Made by a program: the position numbers and the translations under genes
Assembly (NCBI GenBank): GCA_963783375.1
Contig: CAWANH010000029.1
Span: 608,001 to 672,000 of the forward strand
Direction: 5' to 3'
Source of the DNA: Candidatus Eiseniibacteriota bacterium
Lineage (GTDB): Bacteria; Eisenbacteria; RBG-16-71-46; JABDJR01
DNA length: 64,000 bases
Shown: one piece after another, positions 51,297 through 60,892 of the stretch
How positions within the stretch are numbered: the stretch's first letter is position 1
Layout: each line of letters starts with the position of its first letter
Notes under the pieces: generated by a model
Databases searched by the model: none
What the model saw: the letters and a program-made list of their open reading frames with translations, nothing else
Told to the model about the DNA's origin: nothing

Positions 51297-51812
51297 TCAT
51301 GGCGCCGCCGACTCGATGCAGTGTTCGCTGCAGTTCAGGGTGACCTTGGACGGGATCTCGGCCAGGGGGCGGATCCAGCGCCAGCAGTTCCCCTCCGATT
51401 TGCAGAAGTTCCCCACCACGGCCAGGTACTGGGCCCCGGACGTGGGATGCACCTCGAACGGCACCTTGGCCCCGGGCTCCAGGATCAGCTCCGACTTGTC
51501 CACCAGCTCCTTCCCGAGCTCCGCGTTCTCGTTCCCCCACAGGGTGCCGAGGGCGGACATGGAGATCCGGGCGTCGCCGGAGAGCTGGTAGACCCGCAGG
51601 GTGAGCGCGTTCCCCACCCCCTCGTCGCAGGAATTCAACAGGTCGACGGCGGCGAGGTTGAGGGTCACCGTCTTCGGCCCCGGCGGGGCTTCGGGCTTGT
51701 CCCCGCCCCCTCCGAATATCGCGCACCCCCCGATCAGCGCGGCGGCGCCGATCCCCCCGATCACCCCGAGGACCGGCCGCAGCCGGCCGGCTCCGCGTCG
51801 TTGCATGCTCAT
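51297..51812 (-). CDS. tssJ: T6SS lipoprotein TssJ
   Basis: IGGC lipobox, LN, LRVYQL, L.PG, VVGNF..WR. Confidence 0.88.
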   Translation of the reverse strand: MSMQRRGAGRLRPVLGVIGGIGAAALIGGCAIFGGGGDKPEAPPGPKTVTLNLAAVDLLNSCDEGVGNALTLRVYQLSGDARISMSALGTLWGNENAELGKELVDKSELILEPGAKVPFEVHPTSGAQYLAVVGNFCKSEGNCWRWIRPLAEIPSKVTLNCSEHCIESAAP

Positions 51813-51850
51813 CTCCCTCTGGTCCAGGCGAACCGGGTCCGCCGTCGACC

Positions 51851-52525
51851 TCATGCGGTGTCCGGGTCGCCGGTTTCGGAGCGGCGCCCCAATCGTGCCT
51901 CACGAAATCCGCGGTAGCCGCGGCGAAATCCGTCCCGGTGGAAGCGTTCGTAATCCGCCGGGGCCAGGGACCGGAGCCCCGCGAAGCGGCGGAGGAACTC
52001 CTCCCAGACCACCTGCATCATGACCGGACGCCAGCGGCTGGGCAACTTGAGCGGCCCCACCTCGATCCCGGTCCCCGCGTACTCCCGGCGGATGGCTTCC
52101 GGGTCCAGAACATCGAGGAGCCGGCGCGCACCCTCGTGGGCCGCCTCCTGGTAGCCCTCGAGGAGACCGGCCTGATGCACCTTGATTTCCTGCACCGCCT
52201 CCTGGAGGCGAATTCGAACCTCGTCCCCCTCTTCACCCAGAAGCCGGGCGGCCACCTCCGCCGCCGAGGGATCACCCGCCCCGGCGTCCGGTCCGGGGAT
52301 TCCGTAGGCCTTGCGGAACTGCTCCATCCCCCGCTGCATGTCCAGAAAAAAACCGAGGAGCATGAGGGTCACCTCGGCCGTACGACCGGCGAACCGTTCA
52401 AGCTCCTCTGCGTCCTTGAGCGGGGGCTTCCCCGGGCCCCGGAGCTCCAGCATGTGCCGAAGGGCGGCCAGAACCTCCGGTGACACCGGCGTTCCTCCCG
52501 GACGTGCCGACGCTTCACCGTTCAT
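51851..52525 (-). CDS. TagH/Fha C-terminal-domain-only protein (no FHA domain)
   Basis: IKVHQAGLLEG..LLDVLDP..W..F..F..GY pattern of the TagH C-terminus; first gene of the tssJKLM operon. Confidence 0.6.
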   Translation of the reverse strand: MNGEASARPGGTPVSPEVLAALRHMLELRGPGKPPLKDAEELERFAGRTAEVTLMLLGFFLDMQRGMEQFRKAYGIPGPDAGAGDPSAAEVAARLLGEEGDEVRIRLQEAVQEIKVHQAGLLEGYQEAAHEGARRLLDVLDPEAIRREYAGTGIEVGPLKLPSRWRPVMMQVVWEEFLRRFAGLRSLAPADYERFHRDGFRRGYRGFREARLGRRSETGDPDTA

Positions 52526-52578
52526 CGTGCGCCCCCTTTCCCCGGGATCGGCGCTGAACGGACGCCGAGCGGCCATGT

Positions 52579-52634
52579 TTGACCCCCACGGCGAAGGCCG
52601 CTACTATGTAAAAGCATGATTGCCCGGTGGTCAA
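52579..52634. promoter_or_regulatory. Divergent promoter region: TTGACC-17-TACTAT (+) with an opposing TTGACC -35 (-)
   Basis: AT-richer island between the tssJ operon and the PEGA/CsgG cluster; the minus-strand -10 is weak. Confidence 0.5.
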
Positions 52635-52726
52635 GGCCGGGGTGAGATCCATGGTCGATTCCTTCCAACCGAGTCCGTGCTCCGGACTCATGAACCCGTC
52701 GAGGACGCGGCTATACGCACCCGCCG

Positions 52727-52924
52727 ATGGTAACTGATCCGCTCCCATCTCTCATCACACCTCGACGCTCCCCGAGGACCGGGGGCGGGAACGCCCATTG
52801 GCTTCCGGTAGCCCTCGCGCTCGTGTTCCTGGTGGCCGCGGCGTGGTTGGCCTGGGCGGGACCCTCGGCGCCCCTGGGGCGCCTCGACCGGGTCCTCACC
52901 CCCGATTCCGGCGGCGCCCGGTGA
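52727..52924 (+). CDS. Small membrane protein (65 aa)
   Basis: One hydrophobic helix; GTGA overlap with the next gene. Confidence 0.4.
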   Translation: MVTDPLPSLITPRRSPRTGGGNAHWLPVALALVFLVAAAWLAWAGPSAPLGRLDRVLTPDSGGAR

Positions 52925-53937
52925 GCCTTCCCGTCTCTTCGTCCACCGCCGACCGGGTGGCGCGGATCGGCCCCGGCGCCCTCCTGGCCCGTAGCGCCGG
53001 AGTTCTGCTGTGGGGCCTCGCCCGGCCGGAGAGCCTGCCGGTGCCCGAACCTGGCGCCGAGGCCACCCCGGCGCAGAGACTCCCCGCCGCGGGAGGAGCC
53101 CTCCCCCGGATCCTGGCCGGAGGACTCGCCGTGCTGGCCCTGGCCGTCCTCGCGGTCGGCTACACCGCCTGGCACGCCACCCGGGCCGCGGTGACCGAAT
53201 TCGTCCACACCACGCCCGGCACCCCCCTCACCGTCACCGCGGACCGGCTCTCCAATCGCCTGGACGGGTCCTGGTGGACGATCTTCTACCCCGGGTTCCC
53301 CGGCCGTCTCGACCGGGCGGCGGAGCGCATCCGGGAGGGCGAGACGGACCTCGAACGGCTGGCCGCGACGTACCGCTCCGAACGCGACGCGGTCAACCGG
53401 CGCGGGCTCCCCGCCCGGATCCTCGCGGGACCGGATTTCCTGGCTCCCCTCGATTCCGCCCTGGCCGCGGTGCGCTATCCGTGGCACCGGGGAACCCTGG
53501 TCTACTCCGAGATCGAGCAGGCGGTTCGTCCCTATCGGGACGCGGCCGGCGGCGAGCCGGCCAAGGTGACGGCCACCCTGGTCCAGGCTCCCCCGGACCA
53601 CGCCCTGGTGGTGACGGTGACCGGACCCGACGGGAGCGCGCTCTTGGCCAGCCCTCCCCTCGAGGTGGGAAAGTCGATCACCGTCCCCCTGGTGCCGGGG
53701 TCCCGGGTGGGCCTCACCACCCTGCTCCGGCCCGCCCCGGGTGCGGCCTACCGGGTGGAAACCGAGACGTCCTTCCCCCTCGCCGCATGGCCGTCGGGGG
53801 AGCTGACCGTCCCGGGAGGCGGCGGGTTCCAGTTCCGGTTCGACCCCGAGGCGGCGCGATCGGCTCCCCCCCTTCCCGCTCTGAGCGGGGCGGCGGAGTC
53901 GGAGATCCAGCTCCCCGGGGGAGCGAGCCGACGTTGA
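52921..53937 (+). CDS. Hypothetical single-pass membrane protein
   Basis: TM segment ILAGGLAVLALAVLAVGY followed by a soluble domain; GTG start inferred. Confidence 0.55.
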   Translation: MSLPVSSSTADRVARIGPGALLARSAGVLLWGLARPESLPVPEPGAEATPAQRLPAAGGALPRILAGGLAVLALAVLAVGYTAWHATRAAVTEFVHTTPGTPLTVTADRLSNRLDGSWWTIFYPGFPGRLDRAAERIREGETDLERLAATYRSERDAVNRRGLPARILAGPDFLAPLDSALAAVRYPWHRGTLVYSEIEQAVRPYRDAAGGEPAKVTATLVQAPPDHALVVTVTGPDGSALLASPPLEVGKSITVPLVPGSRVGLTTLLRPAPGAAYRVETETSFPLAAWPSGELTVPGGGGFQFRFDPEAARSAPPLPALSGAAESEIQLPGGASRR

Positions 53938-54004
53938 CACGGGCCACCCCTCCCCCGGAGAATCGGGGACCGGACGTCGCCGGTTTCCCTACCTGGAGAA
54001 TGCC

Positions 54005-55174
54005 TTGAGCCCGATCCTTCCCTTCATCCGCCTGCGCCCGCTCGCTGCCGCGGGAATCGTGATCCTCTCGCTCCTTTCCGCGCTCGGCTGCGGAAAATCG
54101 GCCGAACTCACCGTGGACGTGCGCGACGGTGCCAACCACCCGATCGCGGGGATCGAGATTCGCCAGGTCGGAAACGACAAGCGGCTCGGGGTCACCGGCG
54201 CCGACGGCCGGGCCTCCATCAGCCCCGCGGTGAGCGGGGACGCGGTCCGGGTGCGTCTGACCTCGGCCGCCGACGCGGGCGGTGGAGAGACCCTGCTCCT
54301 CCAGAACCCCTACACCATCGACCAGGACGCCCTGAAGCGGGGCTACAAGCTCTTCCGGCTGGACCGCGGCGCCAGGGCCCCGGTCGACAGCACCGCGACC
54401 CTGGAGGTCGTCTCCGTCCCGCCGGGGGCGCGGATCCTCCTGGGGGGCTCCCCCCGCGGCGCCACCCCCGCCGTCCTCGATTCTCTGGCCCCCGGTCCGG
54501 TGACCCTGGAGCTCCAGCTCGACGGGTGGCATACCCACCGGGTGGATCTCTACCTCACCCCGGGACGGAACAGCTACAACCACGAGCTCACCCGCGAGGA
54601 GGTGACCACCGCCTCCCTCCAGGTCCTTTCGGATCCCCCGGGAGCCAAGGTCAGCCTGAACGGAAAGGCCTCGGGAAAGACCACCCCCGCCTCCTTCCTG
54701 TCGCTCCCCGCCGGCACCTACCGGGTGCGGGTGACCCGATCCGGGTATCGGACCTGGGAGACCCGGCTCGACCTGGAGCCGGGACGGAAGGGCGTGGCCG
54801 ACGCCGGGCTCCTGGTCTCGGCCGCCCCCTCGCCGCCTCCGGCGAAGAACCGCTCCACCCCCAAGCCACCCTCGGGCCGGACCGAGACCCCCCCCCCTCC
54901 ACCGAGCAATTTCCGTCAGACCTACAGCATCAGCACCGCCCCCGGCTTCACCGAGGTCTACGTGGACGGCGCGACCATCAACCGGAACCAGACCGGGAAC
55001 TTCAAGATCACGCTCACCGCGGGGGACCATCGATTCCGTCTGAAAAACGAGAATGCGGGCATCGACCTGGTGCTTCGCTATACGGTCAAGCCGGGCGATA
55101 CGAACAACGTTCTCATCCTGAACTACGAGAACCGGAGAGTCGCCGCCCGCAATGATCCACGAGCCGGCCGTTGA
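54005..55174 (+). CDS. PEGA-domain lipoprotein
   Basis: ALGC lipobox; two S.PPGA.....G...G.TP PEGA repeats, Pro-rich linker, third PEGA-like unit. Confidence 0.82.
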   Translation: MSPILPFIRLRPLAAAGIVILSLLSALGCGKSAELTVDVRDGANHPIAGIEIRQVGNDKRLGVTGADGRASISPAVSGDAVRVRLTSAADAGGGETLLLQNPYTIDQDALKRGYKLFRLDRGARAPVDSTATLEVVSVPPGARILLGGSPRGATPAVLDSLAPGPVTLELQLDGWHTHRVDLYLTPGRNSYNHELTREEVTTASLQVLSDPPGAKVSLNGKASGKTTPASFLSLPAGTYRVRVTRSGYRTWETRLDLEPGRKGVADAGLLVSAAPSPPPAKNRSTPKPPSGRTETPPPPPSNFRQTYSISTAPGFTEVYVDGATINRNQTGNFKITLTAGDHRFRLKNENAGIDLVLRYTVKPGDTNNVLILNYENRRVAARNDPRAGR

Positions 55175-55223
55175 GGCGATCCCGTTCCTCGGCGGCCGCA
55201 TCCCACCAACCAGGGAGGTAACC

Positions 55224-56330
55224 ATGCACGTCCTTCCCGCCCTCCGTCGACGTCTCCACATCACGGTCGTCCCCGCCGCCGCCGTCCTCCTGGCCGCGGT
55301 GTTCGCCGCCCCCCCCGGCCCGGCCCGGGCGGATTCCAACGCGGTCTGCACCGCCTACCACGACCAGGATTACGACCAGGCCCTGGCCCTGGCCGCCAAG
55401 GCGCTCGCCGCCGACCCTTCCGCCCCCGACAAGATCGACGTCTACAAGTGCCAGACCTGTACCTACGTGGCGCTCATGAAGCAGACCGACGCCAAGGGCT
55501 CGGTGGCGGGGATGCTCCAGACCGATCCCACCGCCCGGTTCTCCCCCGAGTACAACTATCCCCCGCCGGTGATCGACATCTACAACGTCGTCCGGGACAG
55601 CGTCCTGGGCGGAGGGGGGGGGCCCATCGACGCCAAGACGGTGGCCATCGGGGACTTCGAGGACAACTCGGTCTACACCGGGAAGTTCAAGAACTACGAT
55701 TTCTCGCTGTTCAAGGACGCCTTGATCCACACCGTGACCGCCGACCTGGCCGAGGCCACCGATCTCAAGATCGTCGACCGCCAGCGCACCCAGAAGATCC
55801 TCGACGAGATCCAGCTCTCCCAGTCCTCCTTCGCCGATCCCGAACAGGCGGTGAAGGCGGGAAAGCTCCTCGGGGCCCAGACCTTCATCTTCGGCCAGTA
55901 CATGGTGCTCTCGGCCAAGAAGGTCCGGATCGACGCCCGCGTGGTACGCACCTCGACCGGCGAGGTGCTGCTCACCAAGCAGGTGACCGGTGAGTTCTCG
56001 GGGGACCCGGAGAAATTCCTGGAGATCGAGAGGTCCCTGGTGGAGGCGCTGGCCCAGGGGATCGACCAGGTGTTGAGCCAGAACGGGGACGACCCTAACG
56101 CCGCCGAGGGGGTCGCGAACCGGTTCGCCTCCCTGGAGAAGGGGATCGGGAAACGCAATGGCTACGTAGAGGCCAAGTTCCTCACCGCCGAGGCCCTGGA
56201 ACTGGAAGACCAGGGAAAGTACTCCGATGCGGTCAAGAAGTGGCAGGCGGTCAAGAAGATGGATCCGGCCAACGACGTGGCCGACGCCCGGCTGAACGCG
56301 CTCACCGGCTTCGCCATGAACACCAACTGA
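55224..56330 (+). CDS. Secreted TPR-like + CsgG/FlgO-like protein, paralogue of 17026-18186
   Basis: TVAIGDFEDNS, IVDRQRTQKILDE, AGKLLGAQTFIFG, RVVRTSTGEVL. Confidence 0.8.
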   Translation: MHVLPALRRRLHITVVPAAAVLLAAVFAAPPGPARADSNAVCTAYHDQDYDQALALAAKALAADPSAPDKIDVYKCQTCTYVALMKQTDAKGSVAGMLQTDPTARFSPEYNYPPPVIDIYNVVRDSVLGGGGGPIDAKTVAIGDFEDNSVYTGKFKNYDFSLFKDALIHTVTADLAEATDLKIVDRQRTQKILDEIQLSQSSFADPEQAVKAGKLLGAQTFIFGQYMVLSAKKVRIDARVVRTSTGEVLLTKQVTGEFSGDPEKFLEIERSLVEALAQGIDQVLSQNGDDPNAAEGVANRFASLEKGIGKRNGYVEAKFLTAEALELEDQGKYSDAVKKWQAVKKMDPANDVADARLNALTGFAMNTN

Positions 56331-56346
56331 TCCCTTCGTCCGGATC

Positions 56347-56372
56347 GCGAGCCCTCCGATCGGGGGGCTCGC
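56347..56372. terminator. Hairpin between convergent genes
   Basis: gcgagccctccg-at-cggggggctcgc. Confidence 0.5.
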
Positions 56373-57800
56373 TCAGGCGGCGGGGAGCAGGACCCGGTAG
56401 GCCTCATCGGGATCCCCCGGCGGGGTCGTCTCGAACCGGCCCTGGTGGCGGTCGAGGATGCGGTTGACCACGCCGAGGGCGGCCTCGACGGACTCGGTCT
56501 CGCTCTCCCCCGCCCCACCGGTCACGGCTTCGCGGGGAGTCCGGAGTTCGATGGTCACCGTCTTCCGGCGGTCGTCGACAAAGGTCCGGATCTCCAGGTT
56601 CCGCATGGCCGGACCGGCGCCCGGCCGGTCGGCCATCCGCCCGAAGAGGGTCAGGAGGACCTGCTGGATCTGGCCGGGATCCATCTCCACCGGGGGAAGA
56701 TCGGGGTCCAGCCGGAAGGCGAAGCTCATCCCCCGGAACCGGGTCTGGGGACGGACGAAGTCCACCGTCTTCTCCACCAACTCGTTGAGCCCGCACGCGG
56801 AGCGCTTCACTTCCCGATGGGAGAAGTCCATGAGGCCCCGGGCCAGCTCCGCCATCTGGGTGGAGAGCTGGCGGATGCGCTCCGCCTCGACGGTGAGCAC
56901 GTTGCCGGCGGTGTCGCCCAGGTTCCGGATGAGGAGCTGGGCCCGTCCCGAGACCGCGGCGAGGTAGTTGTTGAGTTCGTGCCCGATCTCCGCCGCCATC
57001 TCGCCCTTGGCGGCCAGCCGCTCGTTCTGGATGAGCTTGGCCTGGGCCGCCTCCAGCTCGAGGTACCGCCTCGAACCGTCGCGCACGAACAGGATGGGCA
57101 TCACGCAGAGCAGGAGCCCGCGGTAGCCCAGGATCTCGTAGCAGAAGACCGCCAGCCCCCCCACCGTGATCATGGCTGCCGAGGTCACGAGCTCGGTCTC
57201 GGTTCCATAGGCCCCCAGCCAGGCGCGGATCGGGTCGACCCCGCGCCGCCTTCCGGTAACCAGGGCGCGCACGCCCTGGCTCACCACCAGATACGCCCCC
57301 CCGGCCACGATGAGCCAGAATATCTGCCGGGGATGGAGCAGCACGAACGCCGCGCTCAATCCCCGCTCGGTGACCGGAATGTGGGTTCCGGTGAGCACCA
57401 GCACCTCCAGCGCGGCCACCGAGGGGACGACGGAGGCGAGCGCCCACCCGAGCGCCTCCCGCGGTTTCTCGCGCCGCCACAGGAGCCCTCCCGCCAGGCA
57501 TGAAAGGGGAACCAGGAGAAGGCTCCAGGGAATCGGGAGCACGGCCACTGCGGCCAGATGGGCGGCGGGGGCCATGGTCAGGACAGTGGTCTGGTCCAGC
57601 GCGGGGTGCCAGAGAGCTTCGGCGGCGAGACAGGCGGCGAACCACGTGGCCAGGACCACCGGGAACGGTCCCAGGGACCGGTTCGAGGCCAGGAACAATC
57701 CCCCCAACAACCCCACCACCAGCAGGGTCATGAGGTGTACGTTTTGAAAGCGTTTGGGCATGGTTGTCCCCGGAGCCGTGCGGTGTCCCCTATCCTCCAC
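56373..57800 (-). CDS. Multi-TM sensor histidine kinase-like protein with degenerate HATPase domain
   Basis: About 7 TM helices, H-box AAEIGHELNN, MDPGQIQQVL; N, G1 and G2 boxes eroded. Confidence 0.8.
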   Translation of the reverse strand: MEDRGHRTAPGTTMPKRFQNVHLMTLLVVGLLGGLFLASNRSLGPFPVVLATWFAACLAAEALWHPALDQTTVLTMAPAAHLAAVAVLPIPWSLLLVPLSCLAGGLLWRREKPREALGWALASVVPSVAALEVLVLTGTHIPVTERGLSAAFVLLHPRQIFWLIVAGGAYLVVSQGVRALVTGRRRGVDPIRAWLGAYGTETELVTSAAMITVGGLAVFCYEILGYRGLLLCVMPILFVRDGSRRYLELEAAQAKLIQNERLAAKGEMAAEIGHELNNYLAAVSGRAQLLIRNLGDTAGNVLTVEAERIRQLSTQMAELARGLMDFSHREVKRSACGLNELVEKTVDFVRPQTRFRGMSFAFRLDPDLPPVEMDPGQIQQVLLTLFGRMADRPGAGPAMRNLEIRTFVDDRRKTVTIELRTPREAVTGGAGESETESVEAALGVVNRILDRHQGRFETTPPGDPDEAYRVLLPAA

Positions 57801-57879
57801 TATTTTCGGCGCTTGCCCGGACGATCTTGAGGGCGGGAAGGCTGCCGGGCCGGTTTCCGGGATCCCGTCGGTAACGGCC

Positions 57880-57950
57880 GAGGCCCCGGCTCGAGGAAAC
57901 CGGGGCCTCTCTCCAAATTGCTTTAAACAGAGACGGTAACTTCTCTGTTT
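57880..57950 (-). terminator. Two inverted repeats downstream of csp
   Basis: aaacagaga/tctctgttt (57925-57950) and gaggccccgg/ccggggcctc (57880-57909). Confidence 0.45.
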
Positions 57951-57977
57951 TCAAAAAATTCCAGCCGGAGTGCTCGC

Positions 57978-58193
57978 TCAGAAACCGACGTCGACCAGGG
58001 AAACCCGGCGAGCTTGAGGACCCTCGGGGCTGTCCTCGACCTCGAACTCCACTTCGGTTCCGGGCTCGAGGGTCCGGTAGCCGTCCATCTGGATCGCGGA
58101 GTGATGGACGAACACGTCGGGGCCCTTGACCCGCTCGATGAACCCGTAGCCCCGTCGCTCGTTGAACCACTTCACGATGCCGGTATGCTCCAT
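57978..58193 (-). CDS. csp: Cold-shock domain protein (CspA family)
   Basis: [22 protein letters not shown]; AGGAGG RBS. Confidence 0.95.
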   Translation of the reverse strand: MEHTGIVKWFNERRGYGFIERVKGPDVFVHHSAIQMDGYRTLEPGTEVEFEVEDSPEGPQARRVSLVDVGF

Positions 58194-58287
58194 GTTCGCC
58201 TCCTGATTCGATTTTCGGGGATTCACACGGTCACGGACCCCCTGGACCGGGGACGAGCCCCACTTCCCGGGACCGCTTCCCGGGCAC

Positions 58288-58310
58288 AAAAAAACCGCGC
58301 AAGGGCGCGG
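58288..58310 (-). terminator. Intrinsic terminator ccgcgc-cctt-gcgcgg-T7 upstream of csp
   Basis: Perfect 6-bp GC stem followed by 7 T. Confidence 0.75.
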
Positions 58311-58388
58311 CGGACGGGTGGACTCGGTTGTTCCGAAACGTGGGCATAGGCCGGATCCTCCGAGGGAAAACGGCTGCTCGTCCTCCTC

Positions 58389-58417
58389 ATGGTACTCCCC
58401 CATGGGGGGCGGGTCAA
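58389..58417 (-). promoter_or_regulatory. Sigma70-like promoter TTGACC-17-TACCAT overlapping the oppF stop
   Basis: Sequence match with canonical spacing. Confidence 0.55.
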
Positions 58418-59823
58418 CGCGTGGATCGGGTCTGGATGTCCAGTCCCCAGGGAGGCAGATCGGGGACCCGGTGGCAGGCCACCCAGTGCCCGGGCTCGAC
58501 CTCGGTCAGGACCTGGTTCCGCTCGGCGCAGGCGGGACGGGCCTCGGGGCACCGTGGGTGAAACCGGCATCCGGAGGGAGGGCGGGCCGGGCTCGGCACG
58601 TCCCCGCGCAGGATGATGCGCGCCTTGGCCATGGCCGGATCGGGAACCGGCACCGCGGAGAGAAGAGCCCGGGTGTAGGGATGGAGGGGGTTCCGGTAGA
58701 TGGCGTCCCGCTCCGCCAGCTCCACAACCCGTCCCAGGTACATGACCGCCACCCGGTCGCTGATGTGCTCGACCACATTGAGATCGTGGGCGATGAAGAC
58801 GTAGGTCAGGTTGAACCGGCGCTGGAGGTCCTTGAGAAGGTTCACGATCTGGGCCTGGATGGAGACGTCCAGGGCGCTCACCGGCTCGTCGCAGATGAGG
58901 AGCCGAGGCTCCACCGCCAGGGCGCGGGCAATGCCGATCCGCTGGCGCTGCCCTCCCGAGAACTCGTGGGGATAGCGGCGGGCGTGGTAGGCGGAGAGCC
59001 CCACCGTCTCCAGGAGCTCCCCCACCCGGCGCGAGGCATCGCGACCCCGGGCGATGCCGTGAATGGCCAGGGCCTCCTTGATCATCGACTCCACCGTCAT
59101 GCGCGGGTTGAGGCTGGAGTAGGGGTCCTGGAAGATGATCTGGATCTCCTTCCGCATGATGCGGAGCTCGGAGGTGGTGAGCTGGGCCAGGTCCACCCCG
59201 CGATACCGGATGGCTCCGGCGGTGGGCTCGAGCAGGCGGAGCACCAACCTTCCGGTTGTGGTCTTGCCGCATCCGGATTCCCCCACCAGGCCCAGGGTCT
59301 CGCCCTCCCGAACCTGGAGGTTCACCCCGTCCACCGCGCGCACCGCGCCCACGGTGCGGTTCAGGAACCCCTTATGGATCGGGAAGTGCTTGGTCAGCCC
59401 TTCCAGGACCAGGAGCTCCCCATGAACGTCGACCCGGCGACCCATCCGCTCGGCCCGCCCCAGGATCCGTTTCACGGTGAGGCGGGGACGGCGTGCCACG
59501 TAGGCCAGCTGGAACCCCAGCCAGAGCGCGCCCCCGGTGAGGATCGCCACCAGCGGAGCAACCCTCGCGAGGACGAGAATTTCCGCGGAAAGCGCGGCGA
59601 CCAGGCCCGCCGCACCCCAGACCCTCGGAGCCCCCAGCTCCCGCACCCGCGCGTCCCGCGTCACCGAGGACGCGTAGTAGCCGTAGAGCCCGAAGCCCAG
59701 AAGGAGGCCTCGGGCCAGGATCGGGGACATTCCGGCATCCCGGGCTTCCCGCGCCACCCGCGTCCCCAGCGGCAGGGCCAGAAGGATGAACACCACGTGG
59801 GCCACCAGGAGATTTCCGATCAT
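58414..59823 (-). CDS. oppF: Peptide ABC transporter ATPase (OppF/DppF) with ~130-aa N-terminal membrane extension
   Basis: [35 protein letters not shown]; ATG 59823 coupled to the oppD TGA. Confidence 0.88.
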   Translation of the reverse strand: MIGNLLVAHVVFILLALPLGTRVAREARDAGMSPILARGLLLGFGLYGYYASSVTRDARVRELGAPRVWGAAGLVAALSAEILVLARVAPLVAILTGGALWLGFQLAYVARRPRLTVKRILGRAERMGRRVDVHGELLVLEGLTKHFPIHKGFLNRTVGAVRAVDGVNLQVREGETLGLVGESGCGKTTTGRLVLRLLEPTAGAIRYRGVDLAQLTTSELRIMRKEIQIIFQDPYSSLNPRMTVESMIKEALAIHGIARGRDASRRVGELLETVGLSAYHARRYPHEFSGGQRQRIGIARALAVEPRLLICDEPVSALDVSIQAQIVNLLKDLQRRFNLTYVFIAHDLNVVEHISDRVAVMYLGRVVELAERDAIYRNPLHPYTRALLSAVPVPDPAMAKARIILRGDVPSPARPPSGCRFHPRCPEARPACAERNQVLTEVEPGHWVACHRVPDLPPWGLDIQTRSTR

Positions 59824-60848
59824 CAGAAGCTCACCCCCTCGCCGCGGAGCGCCGGAACCTCGCGCCAGCGATGGCAGCGCACCTGGTGGCCGTCGCCGCA
59901 CGCCTCGAGCGCGGGCTCCTCCCGCCGGCACCCATCGTCCAGGAAGGGGCAGCGCGGATGGAAGGTGCAGCCCGGCGGGAAGGCGGTGGGCGGGGGCACC
60001 GTCCCCGGGATCACGCTCAGCCGCTCCTTCCGCTCGGTCATACGGGGGATCGATTCGAGGAGGCCGATGGTGTAGGGATGGCGCGGGGAGGCGAAGAGGG
60101 TGCGGATGTCGGTGTATTCCACCACTTTTCCCGCGTACATCACCGCCACCCGGTCCGCGGTCTCCGCGATCACCCCCAGATCGTGGGTGATGAGGATCAT
60201 GGCCATGCCCAGCTCGGCCTGAAGGCTCTTCAAGAGCTCGAGGATCTGGGCCTGGATGGTGACGTCGAGGGCGGTGGTGGGCTCGTCGGCGATCAGCACC
60301 GCGGGATTGCAGGAGAGGGCCATGGCGATCATCACCCGCTGGCGCATCCCCCCCGAGAGCTGGTGAGGATACTCGTCCACCCGCTGGTCCGGGGAGGGAA
60401 TCCCCACCTTGGCCAGCATCTCCACCGCGCGCCGCCGGGCCTCCTTCTTTCCCACCCTCTGGTGGAGGCGCACCGCCTCCATGATCTGGTCCCCGACGGT
60501 GTACACCGGGTTGAGGGCGGTCATGGGCTCCTGGAACACCATCGAGATCTCGTTTCCCCGGATCCGCCTCATGGCGTCGTCGTCGAGGGACAGCAGATCG
60601 CGACCGCGGAACAGCACCTGTCCCCCGGCGATCCGCCCGGGGGGCGACGGAATCAGCCGGAGGATGCTGAACGCGGTCACGCTCTTTCCGCAGCCCGACT
60701 CCCCCACCACCCCCAGGGTCTCCCCCGCCCTCACCTCGAAGGAGACCCCGTTCACCGCCTGCACCTCGCCATCGTCGGTGTCGAACACCGTGCGGAGGTC
60801 CCGGACTTCCAGAATGGGGGCGGGCCCGGAGGTCGGATTCGGGGTCAC
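59823..60848 (-). CDS. oppD: Peptide ABC transporter ATPase (OppD/DppD)
   Basis: [24 protein letters not shown]; AAGGAG RBS before GTG. Confidence 0.93.
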   Translation of the reverse strand: MTPNPTSGPAPILEVRDLRTVFDTDDGEVQAVNGVSFEVRAGETLGVVGESGCGKSVTAFSILRLIPSPPGRIAGGQVLFRGRDLLSLDDDAMRRIRGNEISMVFQEPMTALNPVYTVGDQIMEAVRLHQRVGKKEARRRAVEMLAKVGIPSPDQRVDEYPHQLSGGMRQRVMIAMALSCNPAVLIADEPTTALDVTIQAQILELLKSLQAELGMAMILITHDLGVIAETADRVAVMYAGKVVEYTDIRTLFASPRHPYTIGLLESIPRMTERKERLSVIPGTVPPPTAFPPGCTFHPRCPFLDDGCRREEPALEACGDGHQVRCHRWREVPALRGEGVSF

Positions 60849-60892
60849 GGAAACTCCTTGGCCGCGGTCGGCGGCCGGATCGCGGGGGGGCA

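Noticed and set aside
15917-56330. Recently acquired mobile island
   Set aside because: No integrase, transposase, tRNA target or flanking direct repeat was noticed, and composition looks host-like by eye
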